In this document: in pieces, positions 10,664 through 21,677 of the stretch
Layout of the letters: each line of letters opens with the position of its first letter
How positions within the stretch are numbered: position 1 is the stretch's first letter
Origin: an uncultured delta proteobacterium
GTDB lineage: Bacteria > Desulfobacterota > WTBG01 > CAIYCZ01 > CAIRTM01
Reading direction: 5' to 3'
DNA: 64,000 bases
Assembly (NCBI GenBank): GCA_963804955.1
Contig: CAWDSQ010000001.1
Coordinates: 103,178-167,177 of the forward strand
Position numbers and translations under genes: made by a program
Notes under the pieces: generated by a model
Told to the model about the DNA's origin: nothing
The model's database searches: none
The model's input: only the letters and a program-made list of their open reading frames with translations

Positions 10664-11083
10664 ATGCTGGAAATCTCCACCCATGTCGCAATTCCCGATA
10701 ATGAAATTGACCTGAGCGCCATTCGCGCGCAGGGGGCGGGGGGGCAGAATGTCAATAAGGTTTCAACGGCAATACATCTGCGCTTTGACATTAAGGCATC
10801 ATCTCTGCCGGATTTTTATAAAGAGCGGCTTCTGCAATTGCGCGATCAGCGCATCACAAAAGACGGCGTGATCGTTATCAAGGCGCAGGAGTCCCGCACG
10901 CAGGAAGGAAACCGTGAAGAAGCGCTCACCCGGCTGCAGGAGCTTATAAAAAGCGTGGCCATAGTGCGCAAAAAACGCCGCCCGACCAGGCCGACCCTCG
11001 GCTCCAAGAAAAAGCGCCTTGAAGGCAAGACAAGACGGGGAACTGTGAAGTCGCTGCGAGGCAGGGTGGTGGGGGATGCATGA
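10664..11083 (+). CDS. arfB: Alternative ribosome rescue peptidyl-tRNA hydrolase ArfB
   Basis: [24 protein letters not shown] and basic tail [20 protein letters not shown]. Confidence 0.95.
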   Translation: MLEISTHVAIPDNEIDLSAIRAQGAGGQNVNKVSTAIHLRFDIKASSLPDFYKERLLQLRDQRITKDGVIVIKAQESRTQEGNREEALTRLQELIKSVAIVRKKRRPTRPTLGSKKKRLEGKTRRGTVKSLRGRVVGDA

Positions 11084-11187
11084 TTGTGCCGCCTGCATGA
11101 AAGCCTTCCATAAAATTTTTGTAGAACCTCTCTTATTCTTCCATAAAAATCAATAACTGTTGATGTCATACCGAAGACCGATATCCC

Positions 11188-11243
11188 GTAGGGGCGCACC
11201 TTGTGTGCGCCTTTTAGGGGCAGACACGCAGGTCTGCCTCGAC
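11188..11243. repeat. GTAG-type REP doublet
   Basis: GTAGGGGCGCACCTTGTGTGCGCC followed by the inverted partner GGGGCAGACACGCAGGTCTGCCTCGAC. Confidence 0.55.
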
Positions 11244-11289
11244 GGGGACTCTGCTTTTCACCGAGGCGATGAATTTTTTAAATTCCATG

Positions 11290-11330
11290 TTGACAGGGCT
11301 GGAAAAATAACTTAATATATAGTTAAGCTA
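11290..11330 (+). promoter_or_regulatory. Sigma70 promoter with overlapping palindrome (possible autoregulatory operator)
   Basis: TTGACA-17 nt-TAATAT; CTTAA-N7-TTAAG overlaps the -10. Confidence 0.5.
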
Positions 11331-11355
11331 CTTAATTATTTATTAATAACGTGCT

Positions 11356-11928
11356 ATGCAGTACCGATTCGGCGACAAAATCCGCGAGGTGCGGGAAAAG
11401 CGTAAAATGACCCTGAAGGACGTGGCGCGCCAGGTCGAGGTGAGCGAGAGCCTTATCTCCCAGATCGAGCGCAACCGCGTTTCCCCTGCCATCGATACGC
11501 TGCTGCGCATCGTCGATGTGCTGGAGATGGATATTGAATACCTGTTTCAGGAATTCAAGAAAACCAAGTCCGTGCATCTTGTGCGGCGCGCCGAGCGCAG
11601 CAAGATCGTGCAGCCCGGCATTGTCTATGAGCAGCTTTCAAAGACGGTCGGGGTAGATGAGGAGCATGCCATGGAGGCCTACTGCCTTGAAATTGCGCCG
11701 GGCGGGGAAAAGGGAAGCCGCGAGTTCGGCCACCGCGGCGGGGAACTGGGCCTGATTCTTGAGGGAAAAGGCGAGCTGCGGTTCGGCACCGAGATATATG
11801 AGCTGAACGCGGGCGACAGCATTTCATTTGCCGCGGATATTCCCCATGAGCTGAACAATACGGGCAAAAAAACACTAAAGGCTGTCTGGGTTACAACGCC
11901 GCCGAAGATATTTTTCAAACAGACATAG
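11356..11928 (+). CDS. XRE-family HTH regulator with C-terminal cupin
   Basis: MTLKDVARQVEVSESLISQIERNRVSP; HRGGE...GDSISFAADIPH. Confidence 0.92.
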   Translation: MQYRFGDKIREVREKRKMTLKDVARQVEVSESLISQIERNRVSPAIDTLLRIVDVLEMDIEYLFQEFKKTKSVHLVRRAERSKIVQPGIVYEQLSKTVGVDEEHAMEAYCLEIAPGGEKGSREFGHRGGELGLILEGKGELRFGTEIYELNAGDSISFAADIPHELNNTGKKTLKAVWVTTPPKIFFKQT

Positions 11929-12200
11929 CAGGCTGTTGAAAAACGCTCATCTGCCGCCGGTTGCACTCATCATGCTTCACTGCGGCGTACGAAACAGTAC
12001 GCCTCATTGTCTGCCTGAAGGCAGAAGACAACAGGGCACTTCGTGCTTTGTCTTCCCCTTGTAGGGTAATCCAAGCTATCCGCTATGCGGATGGCTGTGG
12101 CTCGCAAGATTGCCTGCAAGCAGGTGTCAGAGACACGCGCGTCTTGCATCTGAGCATTTTTGAACAGCCTGTATACAATAACTTTTTCAACCACCTGCTA
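11926..12200. mobile_element. MITE-like non-autonomous element with nested terminal inverted repeats
   Basis: Left end TAGCAGGCTGTTGAAAAACGCTCATCTGC; inner right GCATCTGAGCATTTTTGAACAGCCTG (to 12171); outer right TTTTTCAACCACCTGCTA (12183-12200); no transposase. Confidence 0.65.
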
Positions 12201-12225
12201 GAGCCACACAAGAGAGGATAGACAT

Positions 12226-13519
12226 ATGGGAAAAACAATTGCAGAGAAAATTTTTGACAGCCACCAGGTGGATGAGCCGTATCCGGGCACTCAGGTCATA
12301 CGGCTTGACGCCGTGTTCTGCCATGAAATCACCACGCCCACGGCCATCACCGATCTCATGGCCCGCGGCAAAGACCGGGTGTTTGACCCGGCAAAAATAA
12401 AGGCCGTTATCGACCACGTATCGCCTGCCAAGGACTCAAAGACCGCCGAGCAGGGCAAGGTGCTGCGGGACTGGGCGCGCCGTCACGGCATTCAGGATTT
12501 TTTCGACATCGGCCGCAACGGTGTCTGCCATGCTATTTTCCCGGAAAAGGGTTTTGTGCGGCCGGGCTACACCATCATCATGGGCGATTCGCATACCTGC
12601 ACGCATGGCGCTTTTGGCGCTTTTGCCGCGGGCGTGGGCACGACCGATCTTGAGGTGGGCATACTCAAGGGCGTGTGCGCGTTCAAGCCCCCGAAAACCA
12701 TGAAGTTCGAGCTGAGCGGCAAGCTGCCTGAAGGTGTCTATGCCAAGGACGTGATTCTTTTTATCATCGGCAAAATCGGGGTCAACGGCGCCACCAATAT
12801 GATTATGGAATTCACCGGCCCGGTCATTGACGCCATGGGCATGGACAGCCGCATGACCCTGTGCAATATGGCCATTGAGGCCGGAGCCACCTGCGGCATC
12901 TGCAATCCTGACGTGACAACGGTTGAGTATCTCTGGCCGTTCATTAAAAAAGATTTCGCATCGAAGAAGGAAGCGCTTGCTGCCTATGCAGCCATAGCCT
13001 CGGATGCTGACGCGCAGTATGAAAAAATTTACGAGTTTGATTTAAGCAGTCTTGAGCCCATGGCGACTTTCGACTACCGGCCCGACAATGTTAAGCCCGT
13101 GCGCGAGCTTGCAGGCGCGCCGGTCGACCAGGTCTATATCGGCTCCTGCACCAATGGCAGGATCGAGGATCTGCGCATTGCTGCCGCCGTGCTCAAGGGC
13201 GGCAAAATCCATGACCGCGTGCGGGGCATTCTGTCGCCTGCCACACCGCAGATATACCGGCAGGCCCTTGATGAAGGCCTCATCAACATATTTCATGGAT
13301 GCCGGGTTCTGCGTGACCAATCCCACCTGCGGGGCATGTCTCGGCATGAGCAACGGGGTGCTGGCCCCGGGCGAGGTATGCGCTTCAACCACCAACCGTA
13401 ATTTTTACGGGCGCATGGGCAAGGGCGGCATGGTGCATCTCATGAGCCCGGCAACAGCCGCTGCTACGGCTCTTGCCGGCTGCATTACCAATTCAGCGCT
13501 CTATAAAGGAGGCAAGTGA
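12226..13519 (+). CDS. leuC: 3-isopropylmalate dehydratase large subunit; frameshift near 13290
   Basis: [47 protein letters not shown]; continues in another frame with [21 protein letters not shown]. Confidence 0.92.
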
Positions 13520-13520
13520 T

Positions 13521-14045
13521 ATGAAGACATTCGGCGGAAAAGTACTGTTTCTTGACCGGGCTGATATAAATACCGATGAAATAATTCCGGCAAAATATTT
13601 GACCGAAATCACCAAGGAAGCGATGAAGCCCAATCTGCTTGAAGATTTGAAGCTTGCGGGTTTTGACCGCCGGCGCGACATTGCGGGCAAGCGGGTCGTT
13701 GTAACGCGGGAGAATTTCGGCTGCGGCTCCTCCCGTGAGCATGCGCCCTGGGCTTTCGAGGTGAATGACATCACCGCCGTCATCGCCCCGAGCTTTGCCC
13801 GCATTTTCCGGCAAAACATGTACAATTGCGGCATGCTCGCCCTTGAACTGCCGGCAGCAACCATAGAGCATCTGTTTGAAGCCTATGCGGGCAAAGAAAC
13901 TGCCATGGCCATCGATGTTGCAGCCGGCGCCATTCGCGTGGAGGCCGCAGGCAGCAGCGAGACCATATCTTTTTCTCTGCAGGGGTTTGATGCCGCCCTG
14001 GTGCAGGCCGGCGGCTGGGTGGACTATGCAGACAGCAAGTACTGA
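13521..14045 (+). CDS. leuD: 3-isopropylmalate dehydratase small subunit
   Basis: DINTDEIIPA, NFGCGSSREHAPWA, SFARIFRQN. Confidence 0.92.
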   Translation: MKTFGGKVLFLDRADINTDEIIPAKYLTEITKEAMKPNLLEDLKLAGFDRRRDIAGKRVVVTRENFGCGSSREHAPWAFEVNDITAVIAPSFARIFRQNMYNCGMLALELPAATIEHLFEAYAGKETAMAIDVAAGAIRVEAAGSSETISFSLQGFDAALVQAGGWVDYADSKY

Positions 14046-14118
14046 TGCGGAAGGCTAACTGCTTTTGTTTCGCGACAGTGGAGCCGACATGCCGGCGCCG
14101 TGAAACAAAATACCGTGT

Positions 14119-14164
14119 AAAGAAGAACAGGGGCTGCCCGCTGGCAGCCCCTGTTCTTCTTTTT
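14119..14164. terminator. Bidirectional intrinsic terminator between convergent leuD and Hsp20
   Basis: AAAGAAGAACAGGGGCTGCC-CGCT-GGCAGCCCCTGTTCTTCTTT perfect stem. Confidence 0.85.
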
Positions 14165-14178
14165 AGGCCGGTTAAAGG

Positions 14179-14598
14179 TTATTCAACCTTTATTTCTATG
14201 GCCTTAGGCTCTTTTGCCGCCGGAGCCGGAATGCTCAGTTCCAGGACTCCGTCCGTGTATTTTGCATGTATGTCTTTTTCGGTAACTCCCTCGGGAACCC
14301 TTAAGCTCCGCTCAAAACTGCCGAAAGTCCGCTCGACTCTGTGATAGCCGTCTTTTTTCTCCTCATGTTCATCACGGCGCTCGCCTCGCAGGGTCAGCAC
14401 GCTGTTGCGCAGCTCAATGTGAATGTCGTCTTTCTTGAGTCCGGGCAGATCGGCTTTAACCAGATATGTTCCGTCTTTCTCCTTCACATCAATTGCCGGA
14501 GTCCAAACCCTATCTGCGTCAGCAGAAAAAAAATCATCGTCGAACAGGCGTAAAAGTCCCTCGAAAGGGGTCCTTGTTTTCCATAGTGTGATTGCCAT
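14179..14598 (-). CDS. Hsp20/alpha-crystallin small heat-shock protein
   Basis: PAIDVKE...ADLPG...LTLRGER...ERTFGSFERS...AKYTDGVLEL; RBS AAGGAGGT. Confidence 0.93.
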   Translation of the reverse strand: MAITLWKTRTPFEGLLRLFDDDFFSADADRVWTPAIDVKEKDGTYLVKADLPGLKKDDIHIELRNSVLTLRGERRDEHEEKKDGYHRVERTFGSFERSLRVPEGVTEKDIHAKYTDGVLELSIPAPAAKEPKAIEIKVE

Positions 14599-14987
14599 AA
14601 TAAACACCTCCTTTGATCCTTGAGGTTTATCTTACTGCATCCGCTAAAAATATAAGCATTTGCGCACCGCGGTCAAGTGAATACCGGTCAAAAATTTTTA
14701 TGATAGCACGTGCTCAAAAAAAGGCGATCTGAGAGGACTCTCATTCAATACCCTGGTGGGGCAGGAGGATGGCGACACAGCTCTTTGCGGGAATGCACCG
14801 TCAGGGAGGCATCACAATAAAAAGGCCCCCCTTTTATGCTCTTACTCAGGGATATCCTTGAGTATACAGGTAAAAATATAAGAATAAATGAATTGCACAT
14901 TATATATATTGCAGGATATTATTTCGCCGTCGGACAGCCAGGATAGACTGGTACAGTTAGAACCCATGACGCAGAGGAGAAGAGAAT

Positions 14988-15575
14988 ATGAAAAAAACAT
15001 CAGGAGCTTTTTTATCTGTGCTAAGCTTGATCATGTTTATACTGCTGGCTGCCTCCCCGCAATCCGGCTATGCTGCCGGGCAGGATACCCCCACTATTGC
15101 CCAGGCGGGCACACAGGAGACCACCCCGCCGGCTACCGCCGAAAAACAGGAGCAGGTTGGCAAAAGCGATAAAGAAAGAACCAAACACCCGATTCTCATG
15201 TATCTCCCGAACAGGATTTTCGACCTGATGGATATATTCCGCGTCCGTGTCAGGGTCGGGCCCGGCATATCTGCCGGCGTACGGGCAACCAGGCCGGTTT
15301 CGGCTTTTGTGGGCTTTCACAGTTCTGTGTTTGCAGGGCTTCCCGGGCCGCGCGGCACGGCTGAAATCCCCTGGCCGGCGGGGATTGAAAACCGCGGCGG
15401 CGCGCAGGTCAGCGTAGTTGATCTGTCAACGAAAGAAACGTATTATGATCCGCTTGAAATCGGCCTTGAAGCCCACCCGCTTATAGTGGGCTTTAATATC
15501 GGCATCGGCGTTTTTGAAGTGCTTGATTTTGCGACAGGCTTTTTGTTTATAGACCTGCAGAGAGATGATTTTTAG
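14988..15575 (+). CDS. Exported hypothetical protein
   Basis: Signal peptide, RBS GAGGAG, LMYLPNRIFDLMDIFRVRVRVGPG...DFATGFLFIDLQRDDF. Confidence 0.7.
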   Translation: MKKTSGAFLSVLSLIMFILLAASPQSGYAAGQDTPTIAQAGTQETTPPATAEKQEQVGKSDKERTKHPILMYLPNRIFDLMDIFRVRVRVGPGISAGVRATRPVSAFVGFHSSVFAGLPGPRGTAEIPWPAGIENRGGAQVSVVDLSTKETYYDPLEIGLEAHPLIVGFNIGIGVFEVLDFATGFLFIDLQRDDF

Positions 15576-15717
15576 CCAGTGGATTTGTTGGGTTCTTCGC
15601 CGCGGCGGATTAACACAACCTGTAAAAAATGACTTTTCGTTCAGGTGCCGCTTAAAACGCCAGAGGGAAATTATAAGAATAAAGCCTGTAAGAATCTAAT
15701 ACCCGAGACATAGGTCA

Positions 15718-17601
15718 ATGATGCCTAAAATAAAGACGCTGACAGCTGTTGGCCTGGTGCTGGTATGGGCCCTGGCTGTGTCCGGCTGCGCGACCCCCGT
15801 AGGGGTGAGAAATATCACACCCCGCACGGCCTATCAGGATACGTTTGAAAACTCTTTGAGCGATGGGGCTTTCAGCGATAATACGAAGATTGTCCTGGAT
15901 CGCTTCGACCTGCAGCAAACATTCAAAAAAAATCCCGCTGCTGTTATCGAAACACTTCATAAAAAAGCGCTCAGCGACGGCCGCAGGGATATGCTCTATG
16001 CCCTGGCAGAGCTTTGCTATGAGCATGGCGAACAGCTGCACAAAAGTTTTTTTTCGAGCACCAGCAAGAGCGCTTCCGACTATTTCCTGCTTTCGGCTGT
16101 CTATGCCTATCTCTATATACTGGCCGACATGCGGGAGCCTCCTCCCTCTGCCTTTGATCAGAGGTTTCGCGCAGCATGCGATCTGTATAATTTTTCCTTA
16201 TGGCGGGCACTGTCAACCGGCAATGGCGGCAGGCTGGTTTTGCAGGAAGGGCCACGCAAACTTCCTGTCGGCGGCATTTCCATTGCCCTTAAACGGGCAC
16301 AGTTCCCCTGGGCCCTGGAGGATTTTGAAGAGTTTCTGCCTGCGTATAAATATGCCGTGCGCGGCATTACCGTGCGCAACCGGACCCGGGGGATGGGGCT
16401 TCCGCTGATAGGTCTTAAAAAACAGGCGGAAGATGGCCTGTCTGCCTACCAGCCGGTACCTGTTACCGCATTTCTTGATATACAGGGAGGCCTTGCGGAG
16501 CTGACCGACGGCAGCGCCGCTGCTTCACTTAAGCTTTACTCGGCCTATGATGATGCCGAGGTGTTTGTAGACAATCGGGTGGTTCCCCTTGAAACCGATA
16601 CCACAACCCCGACCGCCTACCAGCTCGAACATGAATCCATTCTCTGGGACTACGGGCTCAAGTCTTTTCTTGGCAAGCTCGCGGCAGTTCCCAATAAACT
16701 GCATCTCATGCAGCCATACCAGCCCGGCAGAATACCCGTCGTCTTTGTCCATGGCACCATGAGCAGCCCGGTGTGGTGGACGGAGATGTGGAATACCCTG
16801 CGGGCCGATCCGGAGCTGCGCCGGACGTATCAGTTCTGGTTCTTTATGTATAACAGCAATGCGCTGGTCACGCTGTCGGCTGCTGATCTGCGGGACAAGT
16901 TGCGCAGCCAGGTCGCCCAGCTTGATCCGGAGGGAAAAGATCCGGCGCTCAGCAGATGGTCGTGGTCGGTCACAGCCAGGGAGGTCTTCTGGCAAATCTC
17001 ACGGCTGTTACTACCGGAGACCGCCTTGTGCGGTCCCTGACCGATAAGGATATCGATTCCCTGGACATTTCGGATGAGCATGAAAGCCCTGATGCGCCGC
17101 GCCCTGATTGTCGAGCCGCTGCCGTTTGTGAAGCGCGTGGTGTTTATCTCGACGCCCCACCGGGGAAGTTTCCGGAGCAGCAGATGGATACGAAAAATAG
17201 CCCAAAAAATAATCAGCCTGCCGTCAACTATTGTCACCTTCCCCCTGAGCGCATACACATTTCTCAGGGATGATGTTAAAAACCTGTTCGGTGACAGGCT
17301 TCCCGTCACGAGCCTTGACAGCATGTCGCCCGCCAATCCGGTCATGAAGACTCTGGCCGATATTCCCTTGGCGCCGGGGGTAAAAGGCAATTCGATCATA
17401 GCGGTGCAAAATCCCGATGACCCTAAGGAGCAGTGGAATGACGGCGTTGTCCAGTACTCAAGCGCGCATATCGAAGGCATGGAATCGGAATTCATCGTCC
17501 ATGCCGGCCATTCCTGCCAGGGGCACCCGCTTACCATCGAGGAGGTGCGCAGGATACTGATTGAACATGCTGTCTCTATAGGGGCAATTCCAAATCCCTG
17601 A
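15718..17601 (+). CDS. Alpha/beta-hydrolase (lipase/esterase-like) lipoprotein; frameshifts near 16960 and 17075
   Basis: Lipobox VSGC; PVVFVHGT; nucleophile VVVGHSQGG; STPHRGS; DGVVQYSSAH; GHSCQ. Confidence 0.85.
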
Positions 17602-17734
17602 AGTGAAATTAAAAAATGTGCTATATATTTTATATTCGTATTGATGTGCAGCTGGGATAAAAATGTACAGAGAAGTCGGCAGGGATGCCTTTAAGATCAT
17701 CTTTATAACCCATTAATCCAAGGAGGTCAGAGCT

Positions 17735-18424
17735 ATGAGGATACAAAGCAAACGGATGTTACAGGTACTGACAGGTTTGTGTGTGCTCATGCTTTTTGGG
17801 GCCTGCGCGACGATGCAGGCCCGCAGCACGAAAACAACGGGGTTTCTGGGCGACTATTCGCAGCTTAAAGCGGGCGGCGAGGGCAAGGCGCTGCTTGTGT
17901 ATATCGACCCGGCCGCCGATATCAAATCCTATACCCGCATTCTCATGGATCCTGTCAAGCTGTATGCCTCACAGGAGAACAGCATGGAGAATGTTCCCCT
18001 GGACGAACGCAAAAAGCTCCTGAATTATGCTGATGCGGCTATTCGCGCAAAGCTTGCCAAAGAGTATGTTTTCGTGCGCGAGCCGGGCCCCGGGGTCATG
18101 CGCCTGCGCGTTGCCCTTACCGAGGCAGAAGATGCCAATGTTACCATGGATACCATATCGACGGTTTTGCCCATAGGCCTTGCTCTTGCCGGCCTGCAGA
18201 CCGTTGCAACGGGATCAAGTTCCTTTGTCGGCTCCGCTGGGGTGGAAGCCGAGCTGCTGGACAGTCAGACCGGCAAGCGCCTTATGGCGGCGGTTGACCG
18301 CCGGGTGGGCGGCAAAATGACCGGACAGGGCGACAAGTTTGACGAATGGCGCACGGTGAAGAATGCTATCGACTACTGGGCCGAGCGGCTGCAGACCCGC
18401 CTTGCCGAACAGCGGGCGCAATAA
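17735..18424 (+). CDS. DUF3313-family lipoprotein, copy 1
   Basis: Lipobox FGAC; TGFLGDYSQLK; PGPGVMRLRVALT; EAELLDSQTGKRLMAAVDRR. Confidence 0.85.
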   Translation: MRIQSKRMLQVLTGLCVLMLFGACATMQARSTKTTGFLGDYSQLKAGGEGKALLVYIDPAADIKSYTRILMDPVKLYASQENSMENVPLDERKKLLNYADAAIRAKLAKEYVFVREPGPGVMRLRVALTEAEDANVTMDTISTVLPIGLALAGLQTVATGSSSFVGSAGVEAELLDSQTGKRLMAAVDRRVGGKMTGQGDKFDEWRTVKNAIDYWAERLQTRLAEQRAQ

Positions 18425-18559
18425 AAGTTCACCGGAGTGAGTGAGGCATAACAGGGCTTAGACCGGAACCGTAACCCCGGCAGGTGTTTGTGCATGCTCT
18501 CAGGTGAAGGCTTCTCAACAGAAGCGAACCATTTCAATTTTTCGACAAAAGGAGGAAGT

Positions 18560-18814
18560 ATGGCGGACAAAGGCGTTTTATCGGTTTATTACACCAACGG
18601 CAAAGTTCAGTGGTTTGAGTTCACGCGTGCCGAGGATACGACAAATATCGGAAGCCGCATTCAGGAAATCATGAAAAGCAAGCAGCTTCTTCTCGACCTG
18701 GAAGACAAAACACTTATCATTCCCTTTGCCAGCATTCAGCACATTGAAATATCGCCCCCGATGCAGAAGCTGCCCCTGACAGCCATCAAAAATATTCGCC
18801 AGATTCAGGAGTAG
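18560..18814 (+). CDS. Small hypothetical protein
   Basis: Strong RBS AAGGAGG; globular 84-aa sequence. Confidence 0.7.
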   Translation: MADKGVLSVYYTNGKVQWFEFTRAEDTTNIGSRIQEIMKSKQLLLDLEDKTLIIPFASIQHIEISPPMQKLPLTAIKNIRQIQE

Positions 18815-18940
18815 CCTTTTCGGTTCATTGGCGGGCTGCATTGCATGGGCTGAAAAATTTTACCGGAATCCTGCCTTGAAAGTCCTGTTTTGTAAGAGGG
18901 GAGCAGCACTCATAATTTTTAGCGATAAAGGAGAATACTT

Positions 18941-19960
18941 GTGCAGTTGGCGATGATTGGTCTCGGAAGGATGGGCGGAGCCATGGCCCGCCGGCTGATG
19001 CGCGCAGGCCACGAAGTCCTGGTGTATTCCGCCACAGCCAAAACACGGGAAACCTTTGCCCGCGAGACCGGGGCGCGAGCGGCATCTTCCATCCGGGAAC
19101 TGATGGCACTGCTGAAGCCGCCACGAATTGTCTGGCTCATGGTGCCGGCGGCCGTGGTCGATTCGACACTGAGCGAGCTGGCAGGCTTTGTTGAAAAGGA
19201 CGATATCATCGTCGACGGAGGCAATTCAGCCTATGTTGACGATATCAGGCGGGCAAGCGAGCTTGCAGCCCGTGGTGTGCACTATGTCGATTGCGGCACC
19301 AGCGGCGGCGTCTGGGGCTTGGAGCGGGGATACTGCCTGATGATCGGCGGTGAAGACGCGGCAGTCAGGCGGCTTGACCCCATCTTTTCGGCGCTCGCGC
19401 CCGGCGCGGGCTCCATATCGCGCACAGCGGGCCGTGGATGCGCAGGCTCTACGGCCGAGCAGGGCTATCTGCACTGCGGGCCCAGCGGCGCAGGCCACTT
19501 CGTGAAGATGGTTCACAACGGCATCGAGTACGGCATCATGGCAGCCTATGCCGAGGGTCTCAATATACTGCATCATGCCGATGCGGGAATGAAACCGCAG
19601 CCGACTGACGCCGAGACAGCCCCGCTGCGCAATCCTGAACAGTACCGGTATGCATTCAATACAGCCGACATCGCCGAGCTCTGGCGGCGCGGCAGCGTTA
19701 TCTCCTCGTGGCTTCTGGACCTGACAGCCGCTGCCCTGCTGGAAGATCCCGGCCTTGCTGATTTTGCGGGCCGTGTATCTGATTCCGGCGAAGGCCGCTG
19801 GACTATCAAGGCCGCCATTGATGAGGCAGTGCCCGCCCCGGTGCTCACGGCGGCTCTGTATGCGCGCTTCAGCTCCCGCGGCGAGGCGGATTTTGCCGAC
19901 AGGCTTCTGTCTGCCATGCGCTATAAATTCGGCGGCCATCTTGAAAAGCCGAAAAAATGA
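18941..19960 (+). CDS. gnd: 6-phosphogluconate dehydrogenase, decarboxylating (short type)
   Basis: MIGLGRMG, VDGGNS, DCGTSGGVWG, GHFVKMVHNGIEYG, DSGEGRW, AMRYKFGGH. Confidence 0.95.
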   Translation: MQLAMIGLGRMGGAMARRLMRAGHEVLVYSATAKTRETFARETGARAASSIRELMALLKPPRIVWLMVPAAVVDSTLSELAGFVEKDDIIVDGGNSAYVDDIRRASELAARGVHYVDCGTSGGVWGLERGYCLMIGGEDAAVRRLDPIFSALAPGAGSISRTAGRGCAGSTAEQGYLHCGPSGAGHFVKMVHNGIEYGIMAAYAEGLNILHHADAGMKPQPTDAETAPLRNPEQYRYAFNTADIAELWRRGSVISSWLLDLTAAALLEDPGLADFAGRVSDSGEGRWTIKAAIDEAVPAPVLTAALYARFSSRGEADFADRLLSAMRYKFGGHLEKPKK

Positions 19961-20101
19961 GGAGGCAGGGGCTTACTGCCCGGCGCATTACCCTGACAGT
20001 GCGCCTACTGTAAGCAAGGCAGGAAAGGGCGGCTTTGGACAGGAAGTTGTCCGCTCACCGGAGGGAGATACTTCAGGCAGTGAAAGGAACAGCAGGCTTG
20101 T

Positions 20102-20788
20102 ATGGAGATTAAACTGCTGGCCGATGCCGGTGCGGCAGCGCTGGCAGCCGCCGGGCTTATCGCCGCAGATGCGCGGGCAGCCGTGGCCGCACGAGGGAGC
20201 TTCATTGCGGCCTTCAGCGGCGGGCATACGCCGCGGGCCATGCTGCGGGCCCTGGCAGATGAACATATCCCCTGGGATTGCGTGCATATCGTGCAGGTGG
20301 ATGAACGCGTGGCGCCTGCGGAAGATCCGGATCGAAACCTCACGGGCTTGCGCGAATGCCTTCTTGAGCATGCCCCGCTGAGGCCGGAGCAGCTCTATGC
20401 CATGCCGGTTGAAGACCCTGACCTTGATGCAGCCGCTGCAGCCTATGCCGCTACCCTCAGCAGCATCGCCGGATCGCCGCCGGTGCTCGACCTTGTTCAT
20501 CTGGGCCTGGGGACCGACGGGCACACCGCATCGCTGGTTCCCGGAGACCCGGTCCTTCTTGTCGCCGACGCCGACGTCGCTCTGACCGGAGTATATCAGC
20601 AGCACCGCCGCATGACCCTGACCTACCCCATGCTCAATCGCTCCAGACGCATTTTGTGGCTCGTGACCGGGGCTGAAAAGTCAGGCATGCTGGGGCGCCT
20701 GCGCGACGGAGACGCATCGATTCCGGCGGGGTTGGTGAGCCGCGACCGTGCAATTGTGTTTGCCGATCAGGCGGCGGATTTTCTGTGA
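20102..20788 (+). CDS. pgl: 6-phosphogluconolactonase
   Basis: SGGHTP, VDERVAP, LGLGTDGHTASL, RMTLTYP. Confidence 0.92.
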   Translation: MEIKLLADAGAAALAAAGLIAADARAAVAARGSFIAAFSGGHTPRAMLRALADEHIPWDCVHIVQVDERVAPAEDPDRNLTGLRECLLEHAPLRPEQLYAMPVEDPDLDAAAAAYAATLSSIAGSPPVLDLVHLGLGTDGHTASLVPGDPVLLVADADVALTGVYQQHRRMTLTYPMLNRSRRILWLVTGAEKSGMLGRLRDGDASIPAGLVSRDRAIVFADQAADFL

Positions 20789-20847
20789 CGCATCAATGCC
20801 GGGCTGTTTGATTGCTGACGGAAATGACATACAAGAACAGAGGAACT

Positions 20848-21567
20848 ATGAAGCACATCGAATCACCTGATCGGCAGAACACCACCCCTGAATGCGAAGC
20901 GAGAACTTCTGCTAAAGAAAGAGTCAGGCGCTACTCCGCCATCGAGTTTCTTATTGCGCTCGTACTGCTGATTGTATCCATGCCGCTGCTGGATACTATG
21001 CGGCATGGCGTTATGCTCCAAACGGTACTGCTGACGGTCGTGATGCTTTCAGCGCTGGTGGTTGTAGGGGCAAACCGCAGAGTGCTGATACCGGCATGTA
21101 TTCTGGCAGTTCCTGCAGTAGCCAGCAGATGGGTCAATTTTTATAGGCCCGATCTGCTGCATGCGGATATCCATCTGGCTGCAGCCATACTGTTTATTGG
21201 CTTTATTATTGTGCGGCTCCTCGGGTTTGTGCTCAGGGCGCCGAAAGTGAATGAAGAGGTTCTCAGCGCAGCGGTTTCCACCTATCTTTTGCTGGGTCTT
21301 CTCTGGATGTTTGCCTTCCTGCTTACGGCCAGCATTGATCCCGGCTCGTTTGCTTTCAGCTCAGGGCCTGCCGCCGAACGCGGTATAAGCGGCTTCAATG
21401 CTCTGTACTTCAGCTTCGTCACCCTCTGCACCGTCGGGTACGGTGACATCACGCCGGTGTCCCCCGTTGCGCGTATGCTGGCCTTTACCGAGGCCGTAGC
21501 GGGTCTGTTTTATATGGCCATGATTGTCGCCCGTCTGGTGGCGCTGTATTCCTCGGAAAAACACTAG
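20848..21567 (+). CDS. Potassium channel family protein
   Basis: Multiple TM helices; YFSFVTLCTVGYGDI selectivity filter. Confidence 0.9.
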   Translation: MKHIESPDRQNTTPECEARTSAKERVRRYSAIEFLIALVLLIVSMPLLDTMRHGVMLQTVLLTVVMLSALVVVGANRRVLIPACILAVPAVASRWVNFYRPDLLHADIHLAAAILFIGFIIVRLLGFVLRAPKVNEEVLSAAVSTYLLLGLLWMFAFLLTASIDPGSFAFSSGPAAERGISGFNALYFSFVTLCTVGYGDITPVSPVARMLAFTEAVAGLFYMAMIVARLVALYSSEKH

Positions 21568-21677
21568 AGGGCGGGTTGTATTTTGAACTGAGGCTGTTTA
21601 CAGAATACTTCCCGCGAGCTTGTGATCCCGCACTTTCAGTCAGCTATCAAGCCAACCCCCCTGCCTTGGCTGCGGGC

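Noticed and set aside
11961-12221. Short ORFs between the regulator and leuC
   Set aside because: They lie almost entirely within the MITE-like repeat and show no Leu-rich attenuator peptide.
19226-19939. Long antisense ORFs (also 21901-22752, 37448-38164, 47268-48296, 51946-52788, 56102-57034)
   Set aside because: Shadows of well-supported genes on the opposite strand in GC-rich coding DNA; no recognisable motifs.
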